64,000 bases of DNA from an uncultured Gemmatimonadales bacterium (lineage in GTDB: Bacteria > Gemmatimonadota > Gemmatimonadetes > Longimicrobiales > RSA9). The notes beneath the pieces were generated by a model. The model ran no database searches. It saw nothing but the letters and a program-made list of their open reading frames with translations, and was not told the origin of the DNA. Shown piece by piece: positions 59,236-64,000 of the stretch. The stretch covers positions 1,216,001 to 1,280,000 of the forward strand of contig CAVUKA010000001.1 of assembly GCA_963741945.1 (NCBI GenBank). Reading direction: 5' to 3'. A program made the position numbers and the translations under genes. How positions within the stretch are numbered: position 1 is the stretch's first letter; each line of letters begins with the position of its first letter.

Positions 59236-62193
59236 TCAGAAGTCGACGCGCAGAGTGGCCAGGAACGTCCGCGCCGGCGGCAGGACGTAGTAGTCGCGCC
59301 TCGAGAAGCTGCCGTCGCGCTGATCGGCCACCTCGGGGTCTGCACCGCTGAAGTCGGACCACTTGAACAGGTTCCGCCCTGCCACCGTGAGGCTGGTGTT
59401 GTGGCCCCCGGGGATGAACCGGTCCGGGATGGCGTAGGTCAGCGAGATGCTGCGCAGCTTGAAGAAGTCCGTCGACTCCACCCACAGGGCGTAGTCACGG
59501 ATGCTGCTGGTGAGGGTGCAGCGCGCGCGTTCCAGCGCGGTCACGTCGTCCAGAGCGTGTTCGTCGCCGCCCGCGGCGGCCTTGAGCTTGGCCTGGACCC
59601 CGTAGCAGGGCTGCCACGTCTGCTTGTAGGCGTTCTGATAGCCCGTGGCGTTCAGCAGGTGCCCACCGAGCTGCCACTCGCCCAGCGCCTGGAACGTCAG
59701 GCGCTTCATCAGCGTGAGGTCCATCGATGGCGAGATGATCTTCGTCGGGTACGCCGATCCGAGGTACGTGCTGGCCACGCTGCCGGTGGCGTCGGTCACG
59801 AACACCGGATCCTCGTACGCATCGGGGTTTGCCACCTTCTTGCCGAAGTACGACGGTACGGGGTAGCCGTCCTCCACGTAGGTGCGCGAAAGGTCATTGA
59901 TGATGAGCCTCTCGCCACCGACGTCGCCCGCCTCGCTGTGGACGGTCGAGAAGTTCAGGTGCGCATTCAACTCCACCTCATCGGCGCGCACCAGGCCGAG
60001 GTCCAGACGGGTCTCGAACCCGCTGTTGTAGATCTCGCCCACGTTCTCGAGCTGCGTGGCACTGAACCCCTCGGACGGCGGAAAGACCATCGGGATGAGC
60101 GCATCGAACGTGTGCTGATTGTAGTACGTGACCTCCAGGCCGATACGCCCTCTGAGCGCGCTGGCGTCGAAGCCGACCTCCGTCTCGCGCGTGCGCTCCG
60201 GGCCCAGATCCGGGTTGCCGATCTGCGCCGGTGTGAACCCCGGCTGGCCGTTGTCGCCGGCGATCGGCTGCCAGGTGCGCACCGCGTCGAACGCGCCCGG
60301 GGCCTTGCCCGATTCACCAATGGCGCCGCGCAGCTTGAACGTCTCGATGGCGCGCGGCCAGAAGGCGTAATCGGACAGGACGTAGGAGGCGCTCAGCTTC
60401 GGATAGGGCTGGAGCCCGAAGCTCTCGCCGAACGAGCTGTTCCCATCCACGCGCAGCCCCGCAGTGAGGAAGAGCCGGTCCTGGAAGGCCACCTGCTCCT
60501 GCAGGAAGAAACCGGCGTTGATCTCCCGCAGATAGCTCGAGTTGGTGACGTCGCGCTGCGCCGCCGAGGTCAGCGTCGGCTCGCCGGGGCCCGAGAAATC
60601 GGCGGCGTCCACGCTCGTGCGGGTGGATCGGCTGTCGAAGAGCTGAGCGCCCCAGGACGACGTGGTGGCCAGGCCGAACAGCTTCATGTTGTAGGAGCCC
60701 GCGTAATCGGCGGACAGAAGCACACGCTTCCAGCCATCCCACCACAGCTCGCCGAGCGGGACGCGCGGGAAGCCGAACGGGTCCAGCGTGTTGTTGTCCA
60801 GGTTGTTGTAGTCGTACCCCAGGCTGAACCGGTTCGTGAGCGCGTCCGAGGGGTTGTAGTTGAGCGATATCCCGCTGATGTAGTGATCCGACTTCGTGGT
60901 GTTGTCCGTGGTGAAGATCGCGCCGTTGTCGAGGCACACCACACCAGGATCGCTGCAGTCGGTCCCCTTGAAGTTGTTGAACGGGCCGCGGGACAGGTTC
61001 AGCAGGACCCCATTGGCATTGTTGCCATCCGGGATCCACTGGGTATTACGGCGCGTGTAGGAAGAGCTGACCGCCACCTTGAGCTTGGGCGAAGGCAGGA
61101 AGGAGAAGTTCGCGCGGAACCCGCCGTCGGCGGTGCCGCCGTCGCCGAGCACGCCGCGTTCGTCCTTGTAGTTACCGGCCAGGTAGTAGGTCATGTCGCC
61201 CGCGCCGCCGCGGACCGAGAGGCCGTATCGCTGGATCGCGCCCCGCTTGAGCCAGCTGCCGCTGGCCGGGCAGCTGGGATCCTCGAAGCGCGTCCCATCG
61301 CCGACCACCATGTTCGGGCCACTACACTCGTTCAGGAACATCCCGGTCGGGTCGCTCGAAGCACCCACGTGCCCCATGCTGTTGAAGCCCGCGCCGACTT
61401 CGGCGTTCCACTGCGGCGTCCCGGTCACGCCACCCTTGGTGAAGATCTGGATCACGCCGCCCGACGCTTCCGTGCCGTAGAGCGTCGTGGCCGCCGGGCC
61501 CTTGATCACCTCGATCCGCTCGATGTCAGCGGGCGAGATGTCGTTCAGCGGCATCGCGGCCTGCCGCGACGCGATGCTCGTGGGCGCGGAACCGTTGTAG
61601 ATCCGGATCCCGTCCAGGTAGATGATCGGGCTGTTCCCCTGGCTCACGCTGTTGTTGCCGCGGAGCCGGATGTTGCCGCCCGCGCCCGGCTGACCCGAGT
61701 TCTGGAGCACGCTCACGCCCGGCGAGCTCGCGGCCAGGATATCCTGGGGATTCGCCACCGCCGTCGCCGCAAACTCTCCGGGGTTGATGGTCGAGACGCT
61801 GTTGCCGATCTGCCGCTTGCGTTCCTGGCCCGTGGCCGTCACCACCAGCTCGTCCAGCGCGACCGCTGTCTGGGAGATCTCGAAATCCAGCGTCACCGGC
61901 CCGTTCGCGACCACCACTTCCTTCGACACCGGGCCGTAGCCAATGATCGTGACGCGCACCTGCGCGCGGCCGGCCTTGACGCCGTTGATCAGATACTGGC
62001 CCGCCGTGTTCGAAAGGGCGCCCAGGCCCGTGCCGTTCACCGACACCTGGGCCCCGGCAATGGGTTCGCCGGTACCCGCGTCCGTCACTCTGCCCTGAAT
62101 GGTGCCGCCCGCCTGCTGTGCCGCCAGCGCCGTGCCCGACATCAGGCCCAGGGCGAGCGCTATCGCCAGCCAAGGAATTTTGCCGCCTGCCAT
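59236..62193 (-). CDS. SusC/RagA-family TonB-dependent receptor
   Basis: Carboxypeptidase-regulatory-like N-domain, LDELVVTATG, IRLRG, PIIYLDGI, DIERIEVIKGPAA.TLYG..A.GGVIQI.TK, NPDL.PE, C-terminal Phe. Confidence 0.95.
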   Translation of the reverse strand: MAGGKIPWLAIALALGLMSGTALAAQQAGGTIQGRVTDAGTGEPIAGAQVSVNGTGLGALSNTAGQYLINGVKAGRAQVRVTIIGYGPVSKEVVVANGPVTLDFEISQTAVALDELVVTATGQERKRQIGNSVSTINPGEFAATAVANPQDILAASSPGVSVLQNSGQPGAGGNIRLRGNNSVSQGNSPIIYLDGIRIYNGSAPTSIASRQAAMPLNDISPADIERIEVIKGPAATTLYGTEASGGVIQIFTKGGVTGTPQWNAEVGAGFNSMGHVGASSDPTGMFLNECSGPNMVVGDGTRFEDPSCPASGSWLKRGAIQRYGLSVRGGAGDMTYYLAGNYKDERGVLGDGGTADGGFRANFSFLPSPKLKVAVSSSYTRRNTQWIPDGNNANGVLLNLSRGPFNNFKGTDCSDPGVVCLDNGAIFTTDNTTKSDHYISGISLNYNPSDALTNRFSLGYDYNNLDNNTLDPFGFPRVPLGELWWDGWKRVLLSADYAGSYNMKLFGLATTSSWGAQLFDSRSTRTSVDAADFSGPGEPTLTSAAQRDVTNSSYLREINAGFFLQEQVAFQDRLFLTAGLRVDGNSSFGESFGLQPYPKLSASYVLSDYAFWPRAIETFKLRGAIGESGKAPGAFDAVRTWQPIAGDNGQPGFTPAQIGNPDLGPERTRETEVGFDASALRGRIGLEVTYYNQHTFDALIPMVFPPSEGFSATQLENVGEIYNSGFETRLDLGLVRADEVELNAHLNFSTVHSEAGDVGGERLIINDLSRTYVEDGYPVPSYFGKKVANPDAYEDPVFVTDATGSVASTYLGSAYPTKIISPSMDLTLMKRLTFQALGEWQLGGHLLNATGYQNAYKQTWQPCYGVQAKLKAAAGGDEHALDDVTALERARCTLTSSIRDYALWVESTDFFKLRSISLTYAIPDRFIPGGHNTSLTVAGRNLFKWSDFSGADPEVADQRDGSFSRRDYYVLPPARTFLATLRVDF

Positions 62194-62515
62194 TGCAGCC
62201 TCCAGATCTCAGATTTCGGAGGTGAGTTGATGATTGCTGCGGGTTCAGCGCCCCACTGGGCGCCCACCGGGTCCGCTCCCGGTCAGGTGCACGCCGGAAT
62301 CAGGGCCGAAGCATGGCCGCGGAATATGCGGCTGCCGTGTCCGTGTCCGGCACAGGACAACCCGGTCTGTGGAGGAGAGTGAGCGTATGAAGCTGGCAGT
62401 ATACAACGGGCCGGGCCCTCTGGCACCATCCGCGGGCCCCCGCCCCGGGAACGTGGCGCGGGTCCGCGGTTCCCGGCCGCGAGCGATCGATGTGGGCGCC
62501 GGACGCGCTCGCGGG

Positions 62516-64000
62516 TCAGTAGCCGCGCGGCTCGCCATCGTGGCGAGGGTCGGACACGGCGATCCAGCCATCGGGGCCGCGGACGATGACGTAGAGGCGC
62601 GCGTACTCCGGGCTGGGGGGCACGACTTCGTAGCCCTGCTCGCGGACCGCATGCAGGAGCGCGGGTGGGAAGCCGTGCTCGAGCTGCACCTGACGGCTGG
62701 AGCGCGAGGGGAAGATGCGGGGCATGAGGACGGCGTCGAGCGGATCGAGACCGTAATCGAGAATGTAGACCATGACCTGGACGATCTCGGTGGGGATGCG
62801 CCCGCCGCCGGGAGCGCCGATGACCATGCGGACGCTGTCGGCGTCCAGGACCAGTGTGGGCGCGATGGTGCTGATACGGGTGCGCCAGGGGCTGAGGTGC
62901 GGCATCGCGAGAATGCGGTCCGTGAACCTGAATCCGGAATCATTGAGGAAGAAGCCGTCGACCCAGGCACCGGAGCCGAAGACGCTGCTGTTGGTCTGCG
63001 TGAGCGCCACCGCGTTGCCTTCCGCGTCGATCACGGACATGTGGGTGGTTTCGCCACCCTGGTTGCCGCCGTCGACTGCCGGGCTGTTCGTGGGGGCGGC
63101 GACGACGGGGTGGGCAGCGCCATACGGCTGGAACGCACGGCAGCTCGGGGCAGCAGGGAGCGTGTCGAAGGCGGTCGGATCACCAGGCCGGATCGAGTCG
63201 GTCGGGTGTCCGGTGCCGACCAGGGACTCGCGAGCGACGGCGTAGGCGCTGGAGACCACGCCGGCGGCCGGCACCGGAGCCCAGTCCGGATCGTCGTTTA
63301 CGCGAGCGTCCGCCATGCCGACGCGGAGTGCCGAGGCAAGGACATCGAACGCCTCGGCGGAGCGAGTCGGGAGCCCGAGGGCGCGGAGGTCGAACGGCTC
63401 GAGCAACTCGAGGGTGTGAAGCACCTGAAGGCCCGTCTGGGGCGGCGCCGCCGAGAGGAGGACGTGCCCGCGGTAGTCCGCGCACAGCGGCCGCAGCCAG
63501 CGGGTGCGGAAGCGGGCGAGGTCGGCGGCACGAGCGGGATGGCCGCCGGCGTTCAGCGTGGCGACCAGGTCCTCGGCGATGCGGCCGGCGTAAAACGCGT
63601 CGCGGCCGCCCGCGGCGACGGCGCGCAGCGAGGCGGCAAGGTCGGGATTGCGCATCCAGGCCCCGGCGGGCAGGGGTCGCCCATCGGGCCAGAAGCGGGC
63701 CCAGGCTTCGGGTGAGCGACGCAGCTTGGTCGAGTCGGCGGCGATCATGCGCGCCAGGATCTGACCGATCGGGAACCCGTTCTCGGCCAGCCGGATCGCC
63801 GGAGCCATCACGCGCTCCCTCGACAGCCGGCCGAAACGCTGCTGGAGCTCGAGCAGCCCGGCAACGTCGCCGGGAAGTCCGACCACGCGAAGATCGGGCG
63901 AGCCCGGGACGTCCGTGTTCCCCTCGAATTCGGGAGCGTACTGCGCGGCGTAGAAGTCGAGATCGTACGCCTTCCGCTCGTTCGCCATCCAGACCACCGC
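62516..64000 (-). CDS. Gamma-glutamyltransferase family protein, 5' end outside window
   Basis: LDF, GLPG.VAGL, PAIRLAENGF, NPDLA.SL, FY.G.IA, ETTHMSVID (Thr nucleophile), GF.LND, GAPGGGRI, SDPR. Confidence 0.9.
   Translation of the reverse strand, partial: AVVWMANERKAYDLDFYAAQYAPEFEGNTDVPGSPDLRVVGLPGDVAGLLELQQRFGRLSRERVMAPAIRLAENGFPIGQILARMIAADSTKLRRSPEAWARFWPDGRPLPAGAWMRNPDLAASLRAVAAGGRDAFYAGRIAEDLVATLNAGGHPARAADLARFRTRWLRPLCADYRGHVLLSAAPPQTGLQVLHTLELLEPFDLRALGLPTRSAEAFDVLASALRVGMADARVNDDPDWAPVPAAGVVSSAYAVARESLVGTGHPTDSIRPGDPTAFDTLPAAPSCRAFQPYGAAHPVVAAPTNSPAVDGGNQGGETTHMSVIDAEGNAVALTQTNSSVFGSGAWVDGFFLNDSGFRFTDRILAMPHLSPWRTRISTIAPTLVLDADSVRMVIGAPGGGRIPTEIVQVMVYILDYGLDPLDAVLMPRIFPSRSSRQVQLEHGFPPALLHAVREQGYEVVPPSPEYARLYVIVRGPDGWIAVSDPRHDGEPRGY

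Overview
Very GC-rich bacterial window. The gene repertoire (SusC/SusD pair, VPS10/BNR protein, TolB-N/TPR membrane protein, M16 pair) suggests Gemmatimonadota or a related FCB lineage, but that is inference. It holds about 60 genes and one tRNA-Pro(GGG). There is no CRISPR array, prophage or integrase. Most long overlapping ORFs in the six-frame track are antisense shadows. The strongest candidate for an undescribed system is a six-gene minus-strand cluster at 2651-11024: HD-like protein, MmgE/PrpD dehydratase, fungal-Lys4-like single-chain homoaconitase, Lys12-like homoisocitrate dehydrogenase, a CitD-CitE fusion whose carrier domain appears to lack the canonical attachment serine, and CitF, with no citC/citG/citX in the window. 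It reads as a complete (homo)citrate pathway that may run on free CoA. Other highlights are a RAYT-type HUH transposase bounded by perfect 14-bp inverted repeats next to the pnt terminator, an archaeal-type HMG-CoA synthase/thiolase/DUF35 operon, a CarH-like regulator with Tyr in place of the B12-ligand His facing folE-DUF1722, a KaiC-like ATPase coupled to a histidine kinase, an MhqR-like regulator with two visible operators, tandem ZIP transporters, two frameshifted genes, two truncated gene remnants and several non-coding tandem repeats. All family calls come from motif recognition by eye; no searches were run.
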